From Antechinus flavipes (taxonomy: Eukaryota): DNA of 64,000 nt. The stretch covers positions 219,542,001 through 219,606,000 of the forward strand of contig NC_067402.1 in the NCBI RefSeq assembly GCF_016432865.1, given 5' to 3'. Both the position numbers and the translations under genes were made by a program. The notes beneath the pieces were generated by a model that saw only the letters and a list, made by a program, of their open reading frames with translations, did no database searches and was not told the origin of the DNA. Positions 1 through 12,235 of the stretch are shown here, piece after piece (positions within the stretch are counted from its first letter, which is position 1; the number at the start of each line of letters is the position of its first letter).

Positions 1-670
1 CGGGAAGAAAATCAAAAATGCAAATAGTTCACATTCATTTCCCAGTGTTACTTCTTTGGGTGTAGCTGTTTCTGTCCATCATTTATCCATTGAAACTCAG
101 GTCTCTTTGTCATAGAAATCCACTTCCATCAGAATACATCCTCATACAATATCATTGTCGAAGTGTATAATGATCTCCTGGTTCTGCTCATCTCACTTAG
201 CATCAGTCCATGTAGGTCTCTCCAAGCCTCTGTATTCATCCTGCTAAACCTTTTTTTTTGATTGAAGAATAGGGAAGGGTATAAAGTATTAGATTTTTCT
301 TGAGTGGCATAAAAGGTCATAGACATGTAAATTGAATGAAGTTTACTTGGGACTGGGAAAATTATTAACCAAGAGAGCAAGGTGTTTCTAGGACCATTAA
401 TATTTTATTGGACAGACAAGGTTAAAGGGATTAATGGATATGAAACTTGGACTCTCTTCTGTTTCCTTTCTATCATCAAACATCAGGTTGGTGGGGAATT
501 TGGAGGACCAGAGGCTCCTTGTTAGATAGTTCCTCAGTAAATACTTAAATAACTTAATTCTGGTGGGAATGTTAGTTTTTATGTTCTTTCACAAAATTCA
601 AAGCTCACATGAGTTTTTTCTCATTATAATTCATTGTCAGAGAATGAAGCTTTTAAAAGTGACCACAAAG

Positions 671-851
671 GGCAGCTAGGTGGCACAGTGGATAGAGCAC
701 CAGTCCTGAATTCAAGAGGACCTGAGTTCAAATCTAGCCTTAGACACTTAACACTTAGACACTTAACACTTCCTAGCTGTGTGACCCTGGGCAAGTCACT
801 TAACCCCACGTGCCCCAACCAAAACAAATCAATCAATAAATAAAATAGAAA
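671..851 (+). mobile_element. WSINE1-type CORE-SINE with target-site duplication
   Basis: Head gggcagctaggtggcacagtggatagagcacc and an A-rich tail. 17-bp TSD taaaagt(g/a)accacaaag at 654-670 and 852-868. Confidence 0.85.
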
Positions 852-1842
852 TAAAAGTAACCACAAAGCTGCCAAAGTTCCTTCCCTACATCTAACAATC
901 CAGGTTCTTTAATAAGGAATTGATAACACTTAGCACAGTGTCTGACACACAGAAGACACTTGATAAATTCATAGTAGGTTGGAACTCGGTATTGCTGTTA
1001 TACATTATCAGGCCACATATTTCCTTGCATTTATATGGTATGTAAGGAGGTTAAAATAAGTGGTTTGGTGTGAAGTTTGTGTGTTATCTAACAAGCAGAT
1101 GAATATTAGGAAACAATCAGTTAATCAACACTTGAACCCAGAATCCCAGATTTCTGCTCATTGGAATCTGAGTTCAAGCATATAGAATTGGGTCATGCTT
1201 TACCCTTTAACATCTGCATGGGCATCATTCCCCTATAGGTCTACAGTAATGGGGCAGTCTAAGATCTTTCTGCTTCTTAATATAACTTGTTGATGAATTC
1301 GAGTAGAGACTTATTCCATGCCTCAACCCATTGCATGGTTTTTGATATAGTTTTTTCATAGTCTTTGAGTTTACTTGATCCCGCTTGAGGCCTTAGTTCC
1401 CTGGCCAAAACAGTTCTCAGTGGGTTCTGTTGGACCAATAGTTGGACTGAGGAGAGCCAGCGGGAGAGCTAGCATTTGTGAATAAACTTTTAATTGTTGA
1501 AATGTGGCTTCAGTGCCCTTGGAGTAGATAATGAATAAACAGCAAATTTGAACTAGCCTAATTATTGTTTTATTGTGGACCAGCTCTTCCATGGTGGACC
1601 TGCTTATTTCTTCTTCAATTCCTTGAGCATACTATATATGTCATGTATTTCATAGGCATAATCTGATATTTCTTCTCTCTTGCCTTATAATCTTTTTTCT
1701 CTCCTCATTTCCTCTCCTCTTTTATCCCCAAAGAAAGACCCATTAGTCCATGTTTCTAGCCTAAGTCTTTATGAATGCATTCCTTGTTGGTTTAGGATAA
1801 TAGAAACTTTACAAGGCAAAGAATGATATTGGCTTTTATAGG

Positions 1843-2006
1843 TTGTTTTTTTTTTTTTTTTTTTTTTTTTCCCTGAGGCATTTAAGGCTAAGTGACTTGC
1901 CCAGGATCACACAGCCAGGAAGTGTTAAGTGTTTGAGGTTAGATTTGAACTCAGGTCCTTCTTACTTCAAGGCTAGTGCTTTATCCACTGTGTCACCTAG
2001 CTGCCC
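1843..2006 (-). mobile_element. WSINE1-type SINE
   Basis: Poly-T followed by the reverse complement of the same SINE. TSD cttttatagg at 1833-1842 and 2007-2016. Confidence 0.85.
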
Positions 2007-3133
2007 CTTTTATAGGCATTTTTACATGAGGAGATTATATATATTCCCTTCTAACTCCTTGGGTTATTTGTGAATGGAATTAACTAATTTTCTTAAATCA
2101 CATGACAGTTAAAGGGCCAAGAACTGGAGTTGGCCTTTCTAATATGATTCTCCCCACTGGGCTTCTCCACCTGCCTCTGCCTTTCTCTCTCCCCCACAAA
2201 TCCTGAGAAACAGTGAAATGCTATCTTTGATATAATATCTGTGTGACTTTTAGCAAATCATTGACTCAAGAAATTTTTTGGAATTTCAAGGGAACAGGTG
2301 TGTGTGTTTTTTCATGCTCAGGAAATGACTCTTCACAGCACTGATCCCAGCATTTTAATACCTAGGGTAGCATATTGGAGACTGTCATTTCTGAGAGCAG
2401 TGAGAGGTGGGTAAAGGGCATAAGAATATGGGATGTGGCTTAGGAGACTTGATGGTCATAGTGTGAAAACTGAATCTGGGCTTAGAGTTACAGAGTTACT
2501 GAGACAGCTGAATTGAACTGATTGTGTTGGTTTATTCTTTCAAACTCAGGCACACCTTGAAAGGTGAAACTTGATGCTTGAGCTCCTTATAAGAAATCCA
2601 GTTCAGGTATTGAAAAACCAAGTTCAGGCAGCTTGGGGGAAAGGGTCTGTTTGTTATTATTCTCCCTTGGGGTTCCAGTCATCATTATCCTCATTTCTTA
2701 ACTGAGAAATCTGAGGAATGTAATCAGGTACACCAAGCACAGGAGTATCTCATCCCTAGCAGGAGATTTTCTTTGGTTCCTTAATAATCTTGACTAAGTA
2801 TTTCACACTTTTTGAACCTCACCAAGTGAGTTTTTGGATAGGATCCTCTGAAACCAAAAGTTGTTTTTCCTAAGTTCAGAATTCTACTATCCTCTTGTGT
2901 CTGAATATAGATAGATAAGAAACTGTCTATAGACTTTTTCCCTATTTAAAATAGCCCCCCCCCAAAATAATAGTTTCCCATTTATCAAGTACTAGACTGT
3001 TTCAAAGTGCATTTACTTGTGTACTTTATCTCTTGTGAGCCTCACAAAATCCTATGATAGGCTTGACACCTTATCCCTTATAAGATCAAATGTAAAATCT
3101 TTCTTTGGTGTTAAAAGTCCTTTATAGGCTAGT

Positions 3134-3326
3134 CAGGGGTCCTCAAACTTTTAAAATAGGGGGCCAATTCACTGTCCCTCAGACCGTTGGAGGGCCGTAC
3201 TATAGTAAAAACAAAAACTTTGTTTTGTGGGCCTTTAAATAAAGAAACTTCTTAGCTCTGGGTGAGAGGGATAATCATCCTCAGCTGCCGAATCTGGCCC
3301 GAGGGCCGTAGTTTGAGGACCCTCTG
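3134..3326 (+). mobile_element. OC1 (OposCharlie1)-type non-autonomous hAT MITE
   Basis: TIRs CAGGGGTCCTCAAACT ... AGTTTGAGGACCCTCTG, 193 bp. The internal sequence resembles dasyurid OC1 non-autonomous elements as recalled. No intact 8-bp TSD. Confidence 0.75.
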
Positions 3327-3349
3327 GCCTTTCCCTTTTTATTTTGTAA

Positions 3350-3892
3350 TTCAGTAACACTGGTCTTCTTGCTTTTCCTCCAATAAGACACTCAAGTTTA
3401 GCAACTTCAGGAGGCATTTACACTGGTTCTTCTTCCATACCTGGAATTCTCTCCCCCCTCATCTTTACCTCCTGGCTTTCCTAAGTCCCAGCTAAAATTC
3501 TATCTTCTACCAAAGGCCTGCTTGATTTTTTTTTTTTTTTTGGGATGCAGAGGCAATTGGGATTAAGTGACTTGCCCCAGGGTCACAGCTAGGAAGTATT
3601 AAGTATCTGAGGTTAAATTTGAACTCCCGTCCTCCTGACTTCAGGGCTGCTGCTCTATCCACTGTGCCACTTAGCTGCCCCTTGATGCTAGTACCTTCCT
3701 TCTGAGACTATTCCCAATTTATCATCTGTATCCTCTTTATAGTTGTTTGCTTCATGTCTTTCCCCATTAGACTGTTAGACTGTGAGCTCTTAAGAACAGG
3801 CTCTGGTAGATTGTCTTTTTCTGTGTTGTTGGGTTTTGTTTTGTTTTTTTCCCTTTGTTCCATAGCACTTATTAGATGCTTGTTGACTGACT
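3350..3892 (+). mobile_element. L2 3' fragment interrupted by a WSINE1 (3527-3680, minus strand, TSD cttgat)
   Basis: L2-like tail (...atagcacttattagatgcttgttgactgact). The inner SINE is flanked by cttgat at 3521-3526 and 3681-3686. Confidence 0.65.
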
Positions 3893-6800
3893 AGGCTCAG
3901 AGTTGGAAGAGAAAAGAAATCAATTTTCCCACTCTCCATTTTACGGTTGAGGAAATTGAGGCTAAGAGAGCTTAAGTAACTTATCTAAAATTAGGTAGTA
4001 AATGTTGGGACTAAGAATTGGATTTTTTTTTTTTTTTTTTACATATCTAGTATAGTTTCCACTGCTTTAGGCTATTTCTCTTTGGCATGGTTAGTATTTC
4101 TGTTTTCTAGTTGAGAGATTGGGCTAATAAGATGAAGAGTAATTGCAAAATCATTTGACTCAAATATAGTGCTATTTCCAATGGAGGATCTCCTTCTACA
4201 TTTTTAAGTGATATCATTGTTGTGAGGTTAGCCAGAAGGTCTTTTGGTGGATGAGGAATAGAGCCTGGAGGCTATGGTGGTTTCATGTACCTTTAAGGAA
4301 ACTTTAAATCTTAGGTTATTGCTAGTTTGTAAAAGATACTTTTAGATCAGTAAAGATGTTGTACCCTATCCTGCTGTTTTGGAGTTTGAAAGAATTAGAG
4401 TGGAATCTGGCTTTCCGGTAGGGTCACTTCTGAGCACAAGAGGGCACCAGTGTAACCAAGCATACATGTCCATTGTGGCCTGTTGTTGATATGTTGGTCT
4501 CCATTCAGCCTTAAAGGGCTGGCCATCTCTTTTACTCTTTTTTAGAGTGGGCTTTATTAGCTGTGGGTCATTGAGATATAAAAAGAAATGGGGAATTGGA
4601 CAATTAAATTTAAAATTTATAATGCTCTGCACATGAAAGATTCAATAAGTATTTGATCCCTAATATTTTTAATTCAACAATTCAGTCCAGTACATCAAAG
4701 ATTCCTCTTGGGACTTTGTATTGAATCAAAGTTGTGAAGGAACTCACAAATCATTATGTTTAATGCTCTCAGTTTATAGTTGACAAAACTGAGGCCCAAA
4801 GAGGCTAAATGACATATCTAAGCACCCACAGGTAGTAAATGATGGTCTTTTTGTGGCCACACTGTAATGCATCTTGGTCAAGACCATTTGTCCCCATCCT
4901 CAAAATAAGCTTCATAAATTAGTACTTAGCTAGTTCTTAGGATATAATTAACAAGAGCCTTGTAAGAATTTGAGGACTTTTATATTAATTTAATTTTTAA
5001 TTTTATTTGAAATTATAATATAACCTTAATTTTTTAAATAAATAAAATAGGGATTAAATAAATTAGAGGTCAATCTCCTTGACTACATCAAAAAGCTCCA
5101 CAGAAGCAGAGCTAAATTGGACAATTAGCTATTTGTTAGGTCTGAGGTTTTTTTAAATTAAAAACATTAAGTTTGAATGAATGTCTTTCTGTATTCTCTG
5201 TGAGATATCTGTGGGATGAGCAACGACAGAAAAAAAGGACTAGAGTACCTTGAATAATGTCTAGTTCTTGAGATTCTATGGGAGGTATATAACCTCCCAA
5301 ATAATCTCCTCCTAATATATTCTGTCCCCTGAAATACTTTAGTTTTCTCCTCAAAAAACTCTTCTTGAAACTTTTGGAGGGCAAGGGATTTCTGTAAGTG
5401 TATAAATTGGGGTCAGGGAAATGATGTTTTGGGGAGTGGTAATGCTTTCAGGACAAAGCTAAGATGTCACCCTAGATTTGTCAGGTCTTTCTCAGTGGAG
5501 GTTTGGCATCTTGGAAAAAGGAAATCAATCAATATGTGAATCATTCCTAATCTTTTCCTAATATTTGATATTCTGAAAATGAGTGTGATAATTGCTTGGA
5601 TGGGGACAGGTAGGAAGAAGACTTGGTGATGTTTATCTCTTTCTGAACAAATGTTTAAGTAGTGATGAAGCTTCTTAAAGAGGAAACAATAGGGGAAACT
5701 CTCTGACCTCAGTTTATCCCGTCATCTGGTTCTTCATTTGTCCCTGCTGAGGAACAGAACTTGTCTTTTGTCTGTAACACAAATACATCTTCACCTCCCT
5801 CTCTCCCTCCCTACTCTCCCCCTTTACCCACCCCACCCGCTCCACTCACTCTTTTCTATTATGGTTCCAATCAATGATGTCATTATGTGTGCCATTCAAC
5901 TGCTGTTGAACCACTTGGCTGTAGGAATTTGGAAGAGCAAAGGGCAGAATGGAATTTTTCTCTCCTGCTTAGGGCTCTTGAAAATGTATTCTAATTTTAA
6001 CCAAGAAATGGGAGTCAGTTTTTTTTTTTCCCCTCTTGCTCACCCACCTAGGGCACTGGGGGGTGCTTATAAACTTTATTCTGTCTAAGCCTCTGTTAGG
6101 GGGGAGAAATTACAACAAGAAGAGTTTAGGAACACATAATGTAGTCGGGGCAATGTAAGAGGAGACAAAAGAATTGGAGAAAGAAGGTGAAATTTTTTTT
6201 TCTTTCTTACCACATAATTGGAGCTCTGTCTATCCAGCTGACCACAAACTGGATACTTGGCAAGTTTCTGATGAGAAATCATGCTCCTTGTTTCCCCTCG
6301 GTGCTGTGGTAATAATTGCTAAGACTTTCCTAAACTGTTGGACAGGATCATTAAGATCCTGTGGCTTTGTCCTTAATTTTCTTTTTTCTCTAACTTGAAG
6401 AAATGGAGATTGGAAAATTGGTAGGAAGGAGACTTCCCCCTCCCCCATACACATAGCTCTGCATTCCTTCTTGGAGTGTGTCAGAGCTGATGACTTTGAT
6501 AAAAAACAAGTTTTACTCCTCTCTGTGGTCCCCCTGTGGTCCCTGCCCCAGAGTAAACACAGCCTGGGAAGGGAGTCGGGTGGCTGGAATCTGTTGAGTC
6601 TATTTTGCTTTTTAAACACCTTCAACCATATTGCCAGGCAAGTTTCTGGGTTGGGGTACTTACCTAAGTGGCGTCAGAAGAAATTGGTGACAGTCTGAGT
6701 ACTTAGAAGAAAAATTTTAAACCTGCCTGTTGAAGAGATTGGATCTGGGAAGATTGTTAGGAGTCTTATATGTGGGTGGCCTAGGACTGTGCTAACTTTT

Positions 6801-7467
6801 TTTGTCTTTATTTAAAAAATATATTACCTTGTCTAATGCTCAAATAATGTTTGGTATTTTTATTAATCGTCACCAAAAAAAAAAAAAACCTTAATTAATT
6901 TTATGCTAAAATGGTTTTTGTTAAAACCAATATTCCCATTTTTTAAAGATAGGGAAAATCAAAAGCTGAAATTATACTTGGAGGATTTGTTGGGAAGTCA
7001 ATTTTTGGCCTGGTAATATATACCTCTCAAAATTTCAAATGAAATCATTCCCTTTGGGAATCTCATTGTTAGGATCTAGAAGCTGTTAATGCCTCTTGAT
7101 TTCCTTTTCCTCTACCTCTAAGCCCCATATTCCTTTCATGGTGGTTAACTGGGTTTCATTTTCCTATTCCCAGATCGGAGACCAAGTAATAGCAGTGGGG
7201 ATGTTTTTGTAATGGATACCAAGTTGGAGTTAACATTTTTTATTGAATCATGAAGGCAGTGAAGTTTGAACTATGAAGGGTCAGTACAGGGGTTGTTTTA
7301 AAAGTTGGATGATGCCTGGGCTTTAGAATCGTTCATAGAAATACTTTTTTCTTTTTTGTTTCCTTCATGACACATTAGCTGGAATATTTGTATATGTTCT
7401 GGGAACACTATTATTTTTAAAATAGCCATTGCCTTAGACATGCTGCACTTAATGCTTTGGTATAATG

Positions 7468-7505
7468 CCCCCCCCCCCCAAAAAAAAAAAAAAAAAAAAA
7501 AAAAA
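7468..7505. repeat. C12-A26 homopolymer tract
   Basis: Read directly from the sequence. Confidence 0.95.
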
Positions 7506-10500
7506 GAACAAGCTTAAATGAAAAACCTAAGGAGAAAGGATGACAGATTTACAGGTTATATTTCTTATCACTCCCTTTTCCCTCTGCCCAGTGTTGTACG
7601 CTTAACCAAAAAATGTGGAAAATTGCTTTTAATCCCCATTCTCCTGTCCTCCCACATTCTTTCTACCAAAATTTCAGAAAAATACTCATTATGTGCAATT
7701 TGAATCTAAGTAGTTGATCATGCCTTTCTCTCTATATGCCCTGATTTTTTCTTAGTCTCTGGTCTCTGTTCTTTGATGATTTCCTCACCTAACTACTCTG
7801 GTGAAGTGTTCTCCAGCTCTGTTTAAGCTCCAGCACAGGTGTGCTCTTCATAGCCAGCTGTGATTCTTTTCCTGTCTGTTCATCCACATCCCTGCAGGGG
7901 AGATCCTGTTTGTAGGAAGTGTAAAGTTTAATGGGAGGCCTGGGTATAACTTACATAGCTCCCACCAGGGCTTCTGTAGGAAAATCTGTGGTGTCTGTGT
8001 GAGTTTCCCAGGACATGGCTTGAGCCAGAAAGTAGCCATGCAAAAGACTGGTAAGCCAGAGAGTAGCCCTCTTTGTTCTATGCTGGAATTTAGTATTGAT
8101 CTGCAACTTGTTTAAGCCTTTTAGAGAACATTTGATCCCAGGAACTAATGAATAAATACACAAGTATCCTTAATCTCGTAATTTAAGCTGAACTTTTCGT
8201 TATCTCTTCTTTGATTCTAGTATATTTGTAGTTAGTTCTGTTGGCTTCTTTGACAGTTTTGTTTTCTGACTTAACTTAAACTTAAAGATAACAGATCCCT
8301 AGCTGGAGTTAAGGGATGTGATGGGTATCTTTAGTAAGGAGTGTCTCAAGTGTGAAGCCGTCTTTTTTCTATCTACTTTGCATTGTCACTTCAGTCGTGG
8401 AAAGGACTTTTTTGGACAGAATAGAGATCGAAGGTGATGGGGACAATATTGGGTTCTGGGGTGCCTGTGTTCTTGAGCTTCATATCCTGTAAGATGAGTC
8501 ATTCATTCCCTGGTGGTCCTGAATTCTGGTTGATATTCATTCTCGCCTTCTTAATTCCAAGAAGTTGATTCTCTCATCTCTCAGATGAAGAAGATAGCTG
8601 TGTTTGAGTGAGAGTGTTAGAAGAGAGTGTCTAATAATGAAGTTGGGAAAAAATCCATTGCTTTTCTGGATTTCACCCTTTTCTTTATTAGCTCTGTGTG
8701 GTGGTTTATAGTCTGCCCCCCATATACTTTGTTCTGACTAGGGGAGAGACTAAGGAATAAGCACATGTAGATGAATTTCAGAGACTGGGGGATGGGGATG
8801 ACAGCCTTGTGTTTAAGCATTGGAGTGTTTCAGAGAGCAAAACCGTCCGTTGATGTCATTTCTTCTGAGAGTATGAAATTGGAAGCCCAGTTACCCTGGA
8901 GTATTTCTTAACCTTTACCTCTGGGAAGTCAAGGCCATGTCATCATTAATCTCCTGTCACCTAACAGCCCCTGGGCTCTGCTTTTCATCTCATCATCCTT
9001 CATGAGACAGTGATGTACAGGAAAGTGAATACAAGACTCACTCTTTCCCCTTTTCTCTACATTCTCTTGGAAAAATGCAGTATGCCTTGGAATCTGCAGA
9101 TATGTAAATATTCCTTGACATAGTGGAGTAAACTGTAAGTGTGTATTCAGCGGAGGTCATCTCTGATCACAATTTTTATCATTCCTTTTAGACCAGTTAC
9201 AGCCTCAGAGGACTGACTGATGGTGAAGCATCCCTTCCTTTCCCCATCAGCAGAGAGTATACTGTAGATGTAGAGAATGAAGCATATATTTTCAGACATT
9301 GCTCATGTGTTGATTTGTTTTTGCTTAATTGTACTTTGTTATAAAAGAGGCTTTTTGGTAGAGTGGGGGTAGTAAGGTAAACCCTTGTGAAATGAGTTAT
9401 AAAAAATCATCAATAAACATAAATTTTAAAGGTCCTAGAAAAAAATAGAGTGATATTGTTCAAGATTCCAGTGAGTTTTCTGATAGACCAAGAATAGTCT
9501 AGAGATAGATCTTCATATTAGGATCTCTAGTTACGTGTCTTCCTTACGTAAAAAAATGAGGGGGATATTGACCCAACTGGGCTTCTTGTACTAATTTGGG
9601 AGCAGTGGGTGGTTTACATCTAATTGAAAGTGTTAAAATGAGTGTTCCTCTAATTTGAAACACAACAAGTAGTCTCTCCTTTATATTCTTAGGAAATTCT
9701 GAGTCCATATTCTCTCATCTCTTGGGTTTTGTCTGGTTTACTATGTGTTTTTCATACAATGACCTGGATCTTCCTAGATTTTTATTCCACTTATAAGTTA
9801 TATTTGGCTTTAGGAGCAAGTTGGGAGAAGAACCCAGCATGATCTTAGAAAAGTCATTTTATTTTTCTGGACTTGAGTTTCTTTATCCTTAAAATTGAGG
9901 ATGGTATTATGACTATGTAATCCCATAAGGCCCTTCCCATTCTAAAATGTAATTCTATGACTACCAGTGATAGAACCACAGCTGACTCCTTTTGACAGGA
10001 TAAATGTGATTGAATCTAAAATGATATTTCTTATTGTCATTAGGTTAGAGGAGAAAAGGCTAGAAAAATATTTTCCTTGAGATTGAAATTCAAAAACAAT
10101 TGAGATTCAGTAGGGATAGGTTCCAGAAGGAATGGTCAAGACTGGAACCCAGACCCTAGCTAGAGACAGTTTTTTGATACCTCTGTCCAGAGAAGGAACA
10201 GCTACAGTTATGTTGGACAGAGGAGCAGTGGTACCCAGCTGCCATTGTTGCAGCCAACTATTGTTCAGCTTTTAAAAAGAAGCAGCCAGCTGCGGCCCTT
10301 AAGTTAGAATCTAATTCTGATTTCCCAGATGAGACTAATGCCAGACCACTCTGTGCACCATGGAAACCATTGCCAGAGCCCTCAATTTAACTTTTGTAGC
10401 CATGAAATGAGTTCCCCTGGTCCCTAGGACTGGGTAATGAGGAATTTTTAAATGATTCCCTTTCTGTTTGGAAAATGTTAGAGGAAAGCCAGAAGCAACT

Positions 10501-10696
10501 ACATAACTTTTCAAGGGGATTTTGCATCCCATCTACTGGCTTTTCCCCTCAGAATTTGGATGCCATTTTTCACAATATATATTTGCTTTATCATCACTAT
10601 AAAATCTCTTACCTGTTATTAATCGGAATCTTAATAAAAAATAACATCTCATGTTCAATAATACTTTGCTGTTTACAAAATGCTTCCCCTCCTCCC

Positions 10697-10851
10697 CCAA
10701 CCCTGTGAGGTAGTACAAAAATTATTGTCCCAGTTTTGAGAACACTGAAGCTTAGATTTCAACTTGGGAAAAGTCATATAACTAGCAAGTGTTAGAGATG
10801 GAACTGTTACCTGGGTCTTCTGACTCCCAATTCAATGTTCTTTTCAACCAC
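10697..10851 (-). mobile_element. MIR/Mar1-like SINE fragment
   Basis: aaccctgtgaggtag...actgaagc...gtcttctgactcc, the reverse-strand MIR core pattern. Confidence 0.55.
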
Positions 10852-11559
10852 TCTTTAAATTTATTCCTTTTGTTTGTATGTCACTCACTTCTCTGTTAAG
10901 GACTATTTTAAACAACGTTAGTGTCCTATTATCAAACTTAAATGATAACTTTCACTTCTATAATAGTTATTTTTTAAAAAGTGATCAGTGACATTAACTC
11001 AGCTATAATCATGTTATTAAATGGTTTTACTTAGTTAAGTTCTGGAGAGTATACTTTGAAAGTATTTCATGTTAAAAAGTGTTAATACATTTATTAAGAC
11101 AAATAAAATGGAGACTTTAGGATTATATCCATAGATATAAATTGATGCAGTCTTTTTGAATTTCCCTTTTTATAGCTGTCATTCTAGATTATCTAGTTCA
11201 GTAGTTCCAATTCATAACCATTTAGTAAGTATTTACTGTGTCTTATCAATAAGGCATTTGCTAGTATTAAAAATCCAATATAAGTAGCTCTTGCCTTCAA
11301 AAAAAACTAAGGCATACAACATATAACATAGACCATTAACTAATAGAGAGATCAAGAAGGGGTTCTTGTGGGAGGTGGTCCATGAAAGAGAATACAGATT
11401 CTAAGAAATTTTTGATAAAGAAGCAGTACGTTCTAAACATGGGCTTCATCACCCTGTGTAAAGGAATGGAAGCAGGAAATGCAATGCTGAATTTGGGAAA
11501 TAGGAAGTAGGCCACTCTGGATATAATATAAGAGTCCAAGAAGGGGAATGGACTGGAAA

Positions 11560-12235
11560 GATATGCAAAAATCGAATTTTAAAGGGAAAAGAACCACACA
11601 TGTGCAAAATATTTGTAGCAACTCTTTTTATAGTGGCAAGGAACTGGAAACTGAGTGAATGCCCATCAGTTGGGGAATAGCTAAATAAGTTATGATATAT
11701 GAATGTAATGGAATATTATTGTTCCAAAAGAAACAATCAGAAGGATGATTTCAGAAAGGCCCAGAGAGACTTATATGGACTGATGCTAAATGATGTGAGT
11801 AGAACCAAAAGAACATTGTACAAAGCAGCAACAAGATTATGTGATGATCAACAATTATGTACTTAACTCTTGAGCAATTAGATGATTCAGGCCAATTCCA
11901 ATAGATTTGTCATGGAGAGAGCCATCTGCATCCAAAAAGAGGATTATGGAGATAGAATGTTGATCACAACATAGTATTTTCACTTTTTGTTGTTGTTGTT
12001 GTTGTTTGCTTGTTTTTTTTTTTTTTTCTTTCTCACTTTTTTCCTTTTTGATCTGATTTTTCTTGTTTTAGCATGATAAATGTAGAAATATGTTTAGAAG
12101 AATTGCACATGTTTAAGATCTTGGATTACTTGCAGTCTAGGGGAAGGGGATGAGGCAGTGGAAGAAAAATTTGGAACACAGTTTTGCAAGGGTGAATGTT
12201 GAAAAGCTATCTTTGCATGTATTTAGAACATAAAA
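11560..12235 (+). mobile_element. L1 3' fragment (end of ORF2 and 3' UTR) nested in an older L2 (about 11200-11555 and 12240-12480)
   Basis: Typical marsupial L1 text (tttgtagcaactcttt...gtggcaaggaactggaaactgagtgaatgcccatcagttgggg...). The flanks read as a continuous antisense L2. Confidence 0.75.

Noticed and set aside
740-769. 15-bp internal tandem duplication (ttagacacttaacac x2) inside a SINE
   Set aside because: Variation in acactt-type units is a normal feature of WSINE1 subfamilies.
5662-5707. TGATGA...CTGA resembling a C/D box snoRNA in the SARNP intron
   Set aside because: The boxes are only about 45 nt apart and there is no terminal stem.
5279-6362. 8-bp hairpins at 5279-5299 and 6342-6362 (also 55052-55082)
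   Set aside because: Stems of 8 bp are expected by chance in 64 kb, and there is no other support.
9192-9222. Possible stop-containing (poison) cassette exon in the SARNP intron
   Set aside because: The acceptor is plausible but the donor (TG|GTGAAG) is weak, with no independent evidence.
10706-10715. tgaggtagta, matching the let-7 5' end
   Set aside because: It is part of a MIR-like SINE core, with no precursor hairpin.
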